Part shown: one piece after another, positions 19,505 to 27,867 of the stretch
Layout: the number at the start of each line of letters is the position of its first letter
How positions within the stretch are numbered: position 1 is the stretch's first letter
Assembly: GCA_965222375.1 (NCBI GenBank)
Contig: CBDCTZ010000008.1
Coordinates: 128,001 to 192,000, forward strand
Direction: 5' to 3'
Length of the DNA: 64,000 nt
DNA from: Polyangiaceae bacterium
GTDB taxonomy: Bacteria > Myxococcota_A > Polyangia > Polyangiales > Polyangiaceae
Program-made: the position numbers and the translations under genes
Notes under the pieces: model-generated
Databases searched by the model: none
What the model was told of the DNA's origin: nothing
The model's input: only the letters and a program-made list of their open reading frames with translations

Positions 19505-20382
19505 CTGCTACTCCCCAAACCCATCGCTTGCCCGTCGGCAGCGGCCTCGAACTGAACGTCCTGGAATGGAGCGCTCCGACTCCCGGTGCACCCACTCTGC
19601 TATTGCTTCACGGATTCCTGGATACCGCATGGACCTGGGAGGCGGTTGTGGATGCCGGGCTATCGCAGCACTTTCACATCGTCGCGCCCGACCTGCGCGG
19701 CCATGGCGATAGCGACCGAGTCGGCCCTGGCGGCTACTACCACTTCTTCGACTATCTGCCCGACATTGCGGGATTGGTGGACCGACTGTCCTCCGCTCGA
19801 CTCAATCTCGTTGGCCACTCCATGGGCGGCACCATCGCGAGCTACTTCGCGGGTACGTTTCCGGATCGGGTGCAGCGGCTGGCGCTACTGGAAGGCATCG
19901 GTCCCCCGGTGGACGATACGGAGGTGCCGGATCGCGTGCGGGCCTGGATCGGCACCTGGACGCGTCGCCGGCAAGACTCGCCACGGCGCCACCCCAGCAT
20001 ACTGGTCGCAGCCGAACGGCTGATAGCGTCGGATGAGCTGCTTTCCGAGGCTCGCGCTCTGCGCCTGGCCGAAGTCGGCACTCGAGATCCGGGGGACGGT
20101 AGTCGACAATTCAAGCACGATCTTGTGCACCTGACCCGTGGCCCCTACCCGTTTCGCGTGGATGTCGCGGAGTCCTTCTGGCGCCGGGTCAGCTGTCCAG
20201 TGCTATTCGTGGATGGCGCGCGTTCGAGCTATCGCGCCCTTGGCCCCGAGATCGATCGCCGACTAGCCTGCTTCAAGAACGTGGAGCGCGTGACCCTCCC
20301 CCGCGCTGGTCACATGCTCCAGAGGCACGAACCGGAGCGACTCGCTGCAGTGCTCGACAAGTTCCTCCGCGCGCTCGAGTGA
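19501..20382 (+). CDS. Alpha/beta fold hydrolase
   Basis: LLHGF, APDLRGHGDS, nucleophile GHSMGG, C-terminal AGHML. Confidence 0.92.
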   Translation: MTATPQTHRLPVGSGLELNVLEWSAPTPGAPTLLLLHGFLDTAWTWEAVVDAGLSQHFHIVAPDLRGHGDSDRVGPGGYYHFFDYLPDIAGLVDRLSSARLNLVGHSMGGTIASYFAGTFPDRVQRLALLEGIGPPVDDTEVPDRVRAWIGTWTRRRQDSPRRHPSILVAAERLIASDELLSEARALRLAEVGTRDPGDGSRQFKHDLVHLTRGPYPFRVDVAESFWRRVSCPVLFVDGARSSYRALGPEIDRRLACFKNVERVTLPRAGHMLQRHEPERLAAVLDKFLRALE

Positions 20383-20405
20383 GCGCTTTCAAAAAAGGCA
20401 GCGAG

Positions 20406-21056
20406 TTAGCCTTCAACGCTGAAGCTTTGGCGCGCGAGTACCTCGCCGTCACCGGTGCGTACGACTGCATTCCACTCCCCCGCTGCCGTAACGTGACTAG
20501 TGCGCGCCCAGGTCCGCCAGCGTGAGCTGTTTTGCGGGATCTCGAGCTTCACGAATCCAACCTTTTTGCCGGAGGCATGCTCGAAGGTCACGACGATCTT
20601 CTGGACATCAGCCATGGAATTCTGAGCTTCGATGAAGGCCACCACTGGACCCGCGCCAGTTTGAAAGCCGGACACTTGAGCGGGTTCCCGATTCTCGATT
20701 GCGTTGGTCAAGACCAGTCGCTTGACGATCAGCCCGTCCTTCGCCGCGGCCGGGGATGTCTTGGCTCGAGCCACGCCGGCGGGTTTCGCAGCCGAAGGCG
20801 GGGCCTGGGTGCTGTTGTCGGTGATCTTCTGAACCGTCGGAACCGTCGCCGGAGCGGCGCCCTTCGCGAGTGGCGAGCTGGGCATGCGCGCGCCTTCCTT
20901 ATTGTCGTTGGTCGCGCCCTTTGCGGCTCGCGACTGCTCCGCGGTAACGTCGCTCTTGCGCTCGCAGCCCAGGTTGACCAGGCCCACGCCCAGGGCCATG
21001 GCGGCCAACACGAGGGCGCTGAGTGCGGTCACGCGGGTGGTTCGTTCGATGCTCAT
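20406..21056 (-). CDS. DUF2914-like domain exported protein/lipoprotein
   Basis: Signal with LGC; C-terminal 'I.NREP...V.L.I....RWRTW.......GEW...V....G.VL....F'; GGAGGA RBS. Confidence 0.72.
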   Translation of the reverse strand: MSIERTTRVTALSALVLAAMALGVGLVNLGCERKSDVTAEQSRAAKGATNDNKEGARMPSSPLAKGAAPATVPTVQKITDNSTQAPPSAAKPAGVARAKTSPAAAKDGLIVKRLVLTNAIENREPAQVSGFQTGAGPVVAFIEAQNSMADVQKIVVTFEHASGKKVGFVKLEIPQNSSRWRTWARTSHVTAAGEWNAVVRTGDGEVLARQSFSVEG

Positions 21057-21104
21057 CTTGGGTCCTCCTGCCGGGGCTATCCGGTCCCGACATTCACGTT
21101 AAGG

Positions 21105-21120
21105 AGCAAGGCCCAGGCCA
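21105..21120 (-). promoter_or_regulatory. Putative sigma-54 (-24/-12) promoter for the DUF2914-like gene
   Basis: Minus strand TGGCCTGGGCCTTGCT = GG-N10-GC with TGGC/TTGC cores, about 50 nt upstream of ATG 21056. Confidence 0.6.
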
Positions 21121-21255
21121 GCCAACTTTCCCGCAGAATGCAGCACTTACATAAACCCGAACGTGTGTGTCTCCCCACAACCGGGTGTCCTATCTGCCGC
21201 AGATGTCGGGCTCGATTTGCACTCGCTGCGGTCTCGTGGGAGGTTTCTCAGCGTT

Positions 21256-21663
21256 ATGCGGCCGCCGCACGGAACCACCCCAGCCTCTCGCGCATTCGCC
21301 GTGTGCGTGGCGGCGCTTTTGGGGGTCGGCCAGCTGTTCGCGTTGGGCCACTTAGTGCTCGTCCAGCACACGGCGTGTGCGGAGCACGGCGACGTGCACC
21401 ATGGCGAAGGTACGGACGCGGAGTCAGAGCCCGCGGTCGAGGGCCATGTCGCCGCGGTCTCCGACAGCGAAGCGAGCATTGACGACCATGACCACTGCGA
21501 CGGGTGGGTACGCGTTGACGAGAAGTGCCTGAGCTTCTCGGCGGCCTTCGAGCTCGCGACGCTGTCTCGTCAGCTGGCTACAAGCGGCGTCCTGGGGGCG
21601 GATGCCGCCCCGCCGATCGCGCTACTCGCCGTAGCCCCCAAGCTTCCGCCGCCGTCAGTCTGA
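21256..21663 (+). CDS. His/Cys-rich exported leader-like protein (DUF2946-like) upstream of metal uptake operon
   Basis: GGGAGG RBS, hydrophobic N-terminus, H.....H..C.EHG..HH, DDHDHC, C-terminal APKLPPP. Confidence 0.7.
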   Translation: MRPPHGTTPASRAFAVCVAALLGVGQLFALGHLVLVQHTACAEHGDVHHGEGTDAESEPAVEGHVAAVSDSEASIDDHDHCDGWVRVDEKCLSFSAAFELATLSRQLATSGVLGADAAPPIALLAVAPKLPPPSV

Positions 21664-21822
21664 CCGAGGTCTGTCTCGAGCTTCCGCGCGGCTGCTATCC
21701 AGCACCCGCGTTGTGGAGCCATTACGAGAGCCATCCCTTGGTCCTGGTCCGCCTATTGGAGCAACCGCTCGCGCGTACCCCTTCACGCGTGAGCCTCTGG
21801 AGCGAGCCCGCGTGACTGATCC

Positions 21823-23061
21823 ATGCGACTTCCACTCATTGCAGTGCCACTTCTTGTACTAGCGGCCAGCACCCAACCGGTGCTTGCGGCGGATGACGAC
21901 GTATTCGACGAACTCGTCCGCGATCTCGAAGACGAGGAGTCGAGCCCGAGCCAGCCACCGTCCGCAGAGCCCGAACCTCAACCCGCCGCAACTGCGGCTG
22001 CGAGCACTCCTTCGGCACTCAATCCCGAGATCAGTGTCGTGACAGATTTTGCACTCGCATGGTTTTCCGAAGATGAGAATCTGCAGACGGGCGCTCACGA
22101 CCCAACCGAGAGCGGCTTCAACTTCCAGCAGCTCGAGTTGTCCATTCGCGCGCCGGTCGACCCCTATCTCCGATTCGACGCATTCATCGTATTCGGCTTG
22201 TTCGGTGTCGAGGTGGAGGAGGCCTACGGCACCACTCTCGACCTTCCTGGGGGCTTCCAGGCACGATTCGGCCAGTTCTTGACTCGATTCGGTCGGATCA
22301 ACGCCACTCATCCCCATAGCTGGGATTTCGCCGATCAACCCTTCGCCCTTGGGCGCGTATTCGGCGCCGAAGCCAATCGCGGCTTGGGTGTGGAACTCTC
22401 GGCTCTGCTGCCAACGCCGTGGTTCGTCGAAGCCGTAGCGTCCTTGACCACTGCGACCGGCGAAGCATCCAATCGAAGCTTCCTGGCCGCAGCCCCCCGA
22501 AGGGTTGAGGGGCCGCAAGACCTGCTAGCGGTTACGGCGCTCAAGCAGTTCTTCAACGTCACGGACGCGTGGTCACTGCTTTGGGGAGTGTCTGCTGCGT
22601 TTGGCCCCAATGCCACCGGGCGCAACAATCGAACCGAGGTCTACGGCTCGGACCTGTTTCTCAAGTTCCGCCCACTCACGCGTGGAAGCTTCACGCAAGT
22701 GCGCGCGCAAACGGAGGTCTTCTACCGCCGCCGTCAAGTGCCGGAGGACGTACTGTGGGACGTCAGCGGGTATTCTCAAGTCGCGGTCCGCTTTGCTCGG
22801 CGTTGGGAGAGCGCGGCGCGCTACGAATACGGTTCTACGCCCTTCAGCATGGAGGGACGGCCCACCATGGATGCCCTCGATCCCGAGTGGACGGATGCCC
22901 GCCACCGGCTGTCGGCTTCCCTGTCGCACTATCCCACCGAGTTCTCGCGGTTTCGGCTGCAGTCTGCGGCGGACCTGCCTGGATACCGCCCCGAACCCAT
23001 CTACAGCGCTTTTCTGACGGCAGAACTCGTCGTTGGCGCGCACGGATCCCACGCCTTTTGA
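21823..23061 (+). CDS. Outer-membrane beta-barrel protein, putative zinc-regulated receptor/porin
   Basis: Signal peptide, 'NPEISV', 'ELS..A.VDPY', 'EEAY', 'FGRIN..HPH.W.F.DQP', amphipathic strands, C-terminal GAHGSHAF. Confidence 0.8.
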   Translation: MRLPLIAVPLLVLAASTQPVLAADDDVFDELVRDLEDEESSPSQPPSAEPEPQPAATAAASTPSALNPEISVVTDFALAWFSEDENLQTGAHDPTESGFNFQQLELSIRAPVDPYLRFDAFIVFGLFGVEVEEAYGTTLDLPGGFQARFGQFLTRFGRINATHPHSWDFADQPFALGRVFGAEANRGLGVELSALLPTPWFVEAVASLTTATGEASNRSFLAAAPRRVEGPQDLLAVTALKQFFNVTDAWSLLWGVSAAFGPNATGRNNRTEVYGSDLFLKFRPLTRGSFTQVRAQTEVFYRRRQVPEDVLWDVSGYSQVAVRFARRWESAARYEYGSTPFSMEGRPTMDALDPEWTDARHRLSASLSHYPTEFSRFRLQSAADLPGYRPEPIYSAFLTAELVVGAHGSHAF

Positions 23062-23071
23062 GGAACCAATC

Positions 23072-23980
23072 ATGAAACGACTTCTCACCTTGTTCGCTTT
23101 CGTCGGCCTGCTGCTCTTCACATCCAAAGCGGCAGCCAAGCTCGCGATTGTCGCCACCACGGCCGACTTGGCGGCATTGGCCGCTCAGATCGGGGGCAAG
23201 CACGTCGAGGTCACGGCGCTCGCTCTCCACACCCAGGATCCCCACTTCGTCGACGCCAGACCTCACTTGGCCCTCAAGCTGGCGAATGCGGATCTGCTGT
23301 TGGCCGTGGGGCGCGACTTGGAAGTCGGCTGGCTGCCTACGCTGCAGGTCGGCTCTCGCAACGGCAAGATTCAGAATGGCTCTGCGGGGTACCTCGATTG
23401 CTCTCAATTCGTGAAGATCCGAGGGCGACCCAAGGGCAAGGTTGATCGCTCCAAGGGCGACGTTCACCCAGGTGGCAATCCTCACTATCTTTTCGATCCG
23501 CGCCAGGCTGCCCGGGTTGCGAAGGGAATCGCCCAAAGGCTTGCTAGGCTCGATCCCGCTCACGCCGCCCACTACAAGAAGAACGCCATTGCTCTGATCA
23601 AGTCTCTGGGGCGTGCCACAAGAGCAGCGGAGAAACGCCTATCCAGACTTCGCGGCTCAAAAGTCATCGCGTATCACAAGTCATTCCCATACCTTGCGAA
23701 TTGGCTCGGGTTTTCCATCGTCGAGCATGTCGAGCCCAAGCCCGGCATCCCCCCTAATCCTCACCACGTCGCTCGCGTGATGAAGCTCGCGAAGCGCGCA
23801 GGGGTGAAGCTGATCCTGCAGGAGTCGTTCTACCCCGCGAAGATCACCAAAATGATCGCGAAAAAGACGGGAACACGATTGGTGCGCATCGAGGCAGCGC
23901 CACACTTCAAGGCGGGGGAAACCTACGAGGCGCACATGAACAACATCGTCCGCGCGCTCGTCAAGGCTTCCAAGAAATGA
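23072..23980 (+). CDS. znuA: Metal (Zn/Mn) ABC transporter substrate-binding protein
   Basis: 'DPHF', 'GDVHPGGNPHY..DP', 'LDP.....Y..N', 'YH..F.Y', 'EPKPGIPP'; metal specificity not provable. Confidence 0.85.
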   Translation: MKRLLTLFAFVGLLLFTSKAAAKLAIVATTADLAALAAQIGGKHVEVTALALHTQDPHFVDARPHLALKLANADLLLAVGRDLEVGWLPTLQVGSRNGKIQNGSAGYLDCSQFVKIRGRPKGKVDRSKGDVHPGGNPHYLFDPRQAARVAKGIAQRLARLDPAHAAHYKKNAIALIKSLGRATRAAEKRLSRLRGSKVIAYHKSFPYLANWLGFSIVEHVEPKPGIPPNPHHVARVMKLAKRAGVKLILQESFYPAKITKMIAKKTGTRLVRIEAAPHFKAGETYEAHMNNIVRALVKASKK

Positions 23981-24795
23981 AGTTGCGTCGAGCCGCGTGC
24001 GCAGTTCTCACTCTGGTCAGTGCGGGCTGCACCGTCGAGCCAGGAGGCGGCTACGCAAGCGTTGAGGCCGCGCGGCTCGACATCCACTTCGAACCTGGTG
24101 CCGCCAGAGATCTGGGAACCAACGTGTTCCTGACCGACCAGGGGTTTGCCGTGGATTTGAAACGCTTCGAGTTCACCGCAGACACCCTGGGCTTGGAGGA
24201 GCTGGTCACAAGTGGAGGCTCCACCAGCTCGAGCACCTTTGACCCGGCAGAGCCGCCTCCAGGCTACTCCTTCTGCCACGGAGGGCACTGCCACGCCGAC
24301 GATGGCAGGCTGGTTTCCTACGCCGAAGTCGAAGCCGAGCTGGCTGGAGGCAGCGCACAACTCGTTCCCGTCGTCAGCTTTGCCCTACCCGGTAGCATCG
24401 ATGCACTTTCGGCGAGCGCCATTGACTTGCCAAGACCAGACCCGAGCCCGGAGCTGCCGCGCAGCCACCTGAGGCAGGGCGCATTGCGTCTCACGGCTTT
24501 CGAGCTCGAAGCGCTAGTGACTCGCCCGGGGACCACCGGCGCGCGCACCCTGAAGATAATGCTGAACTCCATCCCGCTCTGGACCCACGGGCTGGATCTC
24601 GTCATCGATCGCGATGGCCCTGAGTCTCTGCGCGTCGAGGCTCGACTCGCCCTCGATGGCACTTTGCTCGATGATCTTGACCTGTCCGGCCCAACGTCAA
24701 CGACCGATCCAGACGCAATCACATCCCCCAGCGATCCTCGTGCGACCCAGGTGATCGAAAACCTGGCCGCCATGACGTTTTCCTTATCGCTCTGA
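23977..24795 (+). CDS. Hypothetical lipoprotein with Cys/His metal-binding motif
   Basis: Lipobox SAGC; FDPAEPPPGYSFCHGGHCHADDG; ATGA overlap with znuA. Confidence 0.72.
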   Translation: MKLRRAACAVLTLVSAGCTVEPGGGYASVEAARLDIHFEPGAARDLGTNVFLTDQGFAVDLKRFEFTADTLGLEELVTSGGSTSSSTFDPAEPPPGYSFCHGGHCHADDGRLVSYAEVEAELAGGSAQLVPVVSFALPGSIDALSASAIDLPRPDPSPELPRSHLRQGALRLTAFELEALVTRPGTTGARTLKIMLNSIPLWTHGLDLVIDRDGPESLRVEARLALDGTLLDDLDLSGPTSTTDPDAITSPSDPRATQVIENLAAMTFSLSL

Positions 24796-24816
24796 ACCCC
24801 AGAAAGGACCTGAACA

Positions 24817-25296
24817 GTGCAAGCACACACCGTGGCTATCCTCTCGATTCTACTAGTGACTGCATGCAGCAGCGATGACACCACTGAGCCCACTGCTGGC
24901 TCGGATCCTGCCGCTCTGGCCTGCAGCAAGGTCGCGGAGCCCGGGGCAGCCGTCACGCCAGGGGCGGACCGCGCCAGTGCGCCGGTGATCAGTCCCGGAG
25001 ACGCGCCGGTCACCGTCACGCTGAGCCCGTCAGCAGAGGGTTACCTGCGCATCGATGGCCCGGAGGACCTCTTGCTCTTCTCCGAGCTTAGTGGCGTCGT
25101 GACGGGCCTGTTTCAAGATCAGGAGACGTCGGACATGCTGCCTCAGAAGAGCCCGAACAGCGATTGTCCAACAGACATTCTCGAGCACTACGACCTCGAG
25201 CTCGAAAGCGCGGGCCCGTGGTACGTTCGCGTGGGGCCCTCGACCGTCGACAAGGCTTGGTTGATGCTCACCGAAGCGTCAGGGCACGGACACTGA
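24817..25296 (+). CDS. Hypothetical lipoprotein
   Basis: Lipobox VTAC, AAGGA RBS, ends GHGH. Confidence 0.65.
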   Translation: MQAHTVAILSILLVTACSSDDTTEPTAGSDPAALACSKVAEPGAAVTPGADRASAPVISPGDAPVTVTLSPSAEGYLRIDGPEDLLLFSELSGVVTGLFQDQETSDMLPQKSPNSDCPTDILEHYDLELESAGPWYVRVGPSTVDKAWLMLTEASGHGH

Positions 25297-25320
25297 GCCG
25301 CATCCAGAGGAGCAGTCGTA

Positions 25321-26058
25321 TTGAGCTCAGAGCGTCCCCTGTTGAAGTGCACTGCCCTCGAAGTCGGCTTCGAGGGCCAAGCAATCCTGCCCCCTATCGA
25401 TCTGCAAATTGACTCTGGGCAGCTCTGGGCCGTGGTCGGCCGCAACGGTTCCGGGAAAACGACTTGGCTACGGACTCTACTGGGACTCCTCCCACCCGTG
25501 GCTGGCAGCGTTGATGCCCTGAGTGCCGATCTCAGGCTCTCCTACCTGCCACAACGGAAAGTCATCGACGAGCTCTACCCGCTGCTGGCGCGAGATGTCG
25601 TTCGTATGGGTTTGGAGCGCCGGTGGTCATTTCTCCGACCCTACTTCATGAGAGAAACGCCGGAGGTCAGCCGGGCGCTCAAGGAGATGGGAGTGGAGGA
25701 CCTCGGCAGCGTCCCGTATCGCCGACTCTCCGAGGGTCAGAAACAGCGCGTGCTATTCGCGCGCCTGAGCGTTAGTAGGGCAGACATAGCCGTCCTCGAC
25801 GAACCAACCAGTGCTATGGACCAAGTTGCGGAAGGCGAGGCGTTCGAGTTGCTAGATGGTCTGCGGCGACGACGTGGCCTGTCCATCATCGTGGTCAGCC
25901 ACTATCTCGGAATGGTCAAGCGTTATGCGGACCACGCGGTGCTCTTGGACCGCGACTCGCAGAACGTGGTTACAGGAGAGCCGGACGTCGTTTTCCAACA
26001 CAAGGCGTTTCAGGCTCGTTTTTCCGAGCGCCCCCCACCTGTCGGGGAGGCGATCTAA
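25321..26058 (+). CDS. znuC: Metal ABC transporter ATP-binding protein
   Basis: GRNGSGKTT, YLPQ, LSEGQKQR, VLDEP, VSH. Confidence 0.88.
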   Translation: MSSERPLLKCTALEVGFEGQAILPPIDLQIDSGQLWAVVGRNGSGKTTWLRTLLGLLPPVAGSVDALSADLRLSYLPQRKVIDELYPLLARDVVRMGLERRWSFLRPYFMRETPEVSRALKEMGVEDLGSVPYRRLSEGQKQRVLFARLSVSRADIAVLDEPTSAMDQVAEGEAFELLDGLRRRRGLSIIVVSHYLGMVKRYADHAVLLDRDSQNVVTGEPDVVFQHKAFQARFSERPPPVGEAI

Positions 26059-27116
26059 TGCCCGACGCAGGAGCAGCGCCGTCGAGCTTGTTCGAAGAGG
26101 GCGAGATCGAGGATGCGTTCGGCTCGGACCTAGGTGACGGGCCTGGTTCAGAGGGTGCTCGAAACCCGGCAGCGCCATCAGCCAGTTCGGTATCTCCACG
26201 TCTGTCGCCGGGCACCACGCAACCGGACAAAGCCCCCACGTTCGCCGAATTTCGAGAGGGGTTCAGCATGGGTCTCTACCGAGATCCCGTTGTCGTGGGA
26301 GTGTTTGCTGGGGCCGTACTCGGCATTCTCGGCGTCTATGTCGTTCTGCGCCGCGCGATCTTTGTGACTGCGGCGGTCACACAGGCGGCAGGCCTGGGCG
26401 TGGCCATCGCCTTCCTCCTCGAAATTCACGCAGGGGTCCACACACCGCCTGTCGTCGGCGCCATCGTCTTGAGCCTGATCGCAACCGGCGTGCTGAGTGT
26501 GCGCACCGAGCGGATTCGTCTTCCTCGTGAAACGCTGGTCGGGCTCACATACCTCGCGGCAAGTGCCGCGGCGGTCTTGGTTGGCGACCGAATCACCCAA
26601 GACGCACACGACATCACGGCGATTCTCTTCGGGACCGCCGTACTCGTTCGAACCGAAGATCTTACCCTGGTGCTAACCGTCGGCATCGCCGTGCTGGGCT
26701 TGACGTTCCTGTTCCACCGCGCGTTTCTGTTCGCCGGCTTTGATCCCGACGGCGCCCGAGTGCATCGATTGCCGGTGCGGCTGGTCGAGCTGTTGCTCTG
26801 GATTCTCGTTGCACTTCAAGCCGCCGTCGCGACCAGGGCCATCGGCGCCCTGCCCGTGTTCGCTTTCGCTGTGCTCCCAGCCATGGCCGCCTTGGCCTTG
26901 GTGGAGCGGGTACGTGGGGCGGTCGTGGCGGCCGCCCTGATTGGAGCGGCGTCGGGGGGCCTGGGCTACCTATTTGCGTTCTTCTACGAATTCCCAGTGG
27001 GCGCGTCTCAGGCACTCACCGCAACGGCCATTCTGCTTGTGTGCCTACTGGCGGCCCGCTTCAAACAGGGCGTCGACACCTCGGCCGGCCGCACGGCCTC
27101 GGCAAATAAGCATTGA
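26058..27116 (+). CDS. znuB: Metal ABC transporter permease (ABC-3)
   Basis: 'LGVYVVLRR..F', 'ILFG', 'FDP..A', multiple TMs; coupled to ATPase via TAATG. Confidence 0.85.
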   Translation: MPDAGAAPSSLFEEGEIEDAFGSDLGDGPGSEGARNPAAPSASSVSPRLSPGTTQPDKAPTFAEFREGFSMGLYRDPVVVGVFAGAVLGILGVYVVLRRAIFVTAAVTQAAGLGVAIAFLLEIHAGVHTPPVVGAIVLSLIATGVLSVRTERIRLPRETLVGLTYLAASAAAVLVGDRITQDAHDITAILFGTAVLVRTEDLTLVLTVGIAVLGLTFLFHRAFLFAGFDPDGARVHRLPVRLVELLLWILVALQAAVATRAIGALPVFAFAVLPAMAALALVERVRGAVVAAALIGAASGGLGYLFAFFYEFPVGASQALTATAILLVCLLAARFKQGVDTSAGRTASANKH

Positions 27117-27155
27117 AAAATGCGGGCTTCGTGTACACTGCGCGGCGCTATGTGC

Positions 27156-27842
27156 ATGAACCGCTGGCTCTCCCTTCCGCTACTGCTCGCCGTCGCTGCC
27201 CTCCCCGCTTGCAAGAAAAAGGACCCGGCGAAGTGCGATAACGCAAAGTCGGTCATCAAGCAGGCAATTGGCAGCGAAGAGTTCGCCCTAGCCCGACAGT
27301 GGCGCGATTACGCCTACAAACACTGCTCGGATCCCGCTGATCTGAGCGCTGTGGACAAGGGAATCACGGACAAGGAGGCAGAGGCTGCTCGCCGCAAGGC
27401 CGATGCCGAAGCCAAGCAGCGCGAAGCTCAGCAGCTGGTCAAGCTGTTCTCCGAGTGGGTCGGACAGCATCGCACCGATCCTACCCGTGCTGCCGTAAAC
27501 GTGACTTGCAGCGGACCGGAGGATTCCACCGAGCGCTGGTGCATCCGGGAACGCTCGGTGGGCGGCAAGTACGCGGTCAAGGTCCGCTACTGGGAGGAGA
27601 CTCCCGCAGCCCACAAATTCTTCAGCATCGCTCCCGACGAGGTGAAATGCGACGCTTTCGGCGCATCCGCCGTGATCGCCACGAAACACGGCGGCGCCCA
27701 AGTCTACTGCGACCTAACCGGGGGCACCTTGTCCGGGATGAAATTGCTGATTCAGCGAGCCAAGGACGGCACGCATATGAACCTCGTGTCCAACGAATAC
27801 GTGGAAAAGGACGCGGGGTTCAAACAGCTGGCCGAGCCCTAA
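27156..27842 (+). CDS. Hypothetical lipoprotein
   Basis: MNRWLSLPLLLAVAALPAC lipobox, helical/coiled segment, paired Cys. Confidence 0.65.
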   Translation: MNRWLSLPLLLAVAALPACKKKDPAKCDNAKSVIKQAIGSEEFALARQWRDYAYKHCSDPADLSAVDKGITDKEAEAARRKADAEAKQREAQQLVKLFSEWVGQHRTDPTRAAVNVTCSGPEDSTERWCIRERSVGGKYAVKVRYWEETPAAHKFFSIAPDEVKCDAFGASAVIATKHGGAQVYCDLTGGTLSGMKLLIQRAKDGTHMNLVSNEYVEKDAGFKQLAEP

Positions 27843-27867
27843 TCGACCGCCAGAAAAGCAGCCTGGT

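Noticed and set aside
21121..21255. Zur/Fur box upstream of the metal uptake operon
   Set aside because: No convincing AT-rich palindrome found by eye
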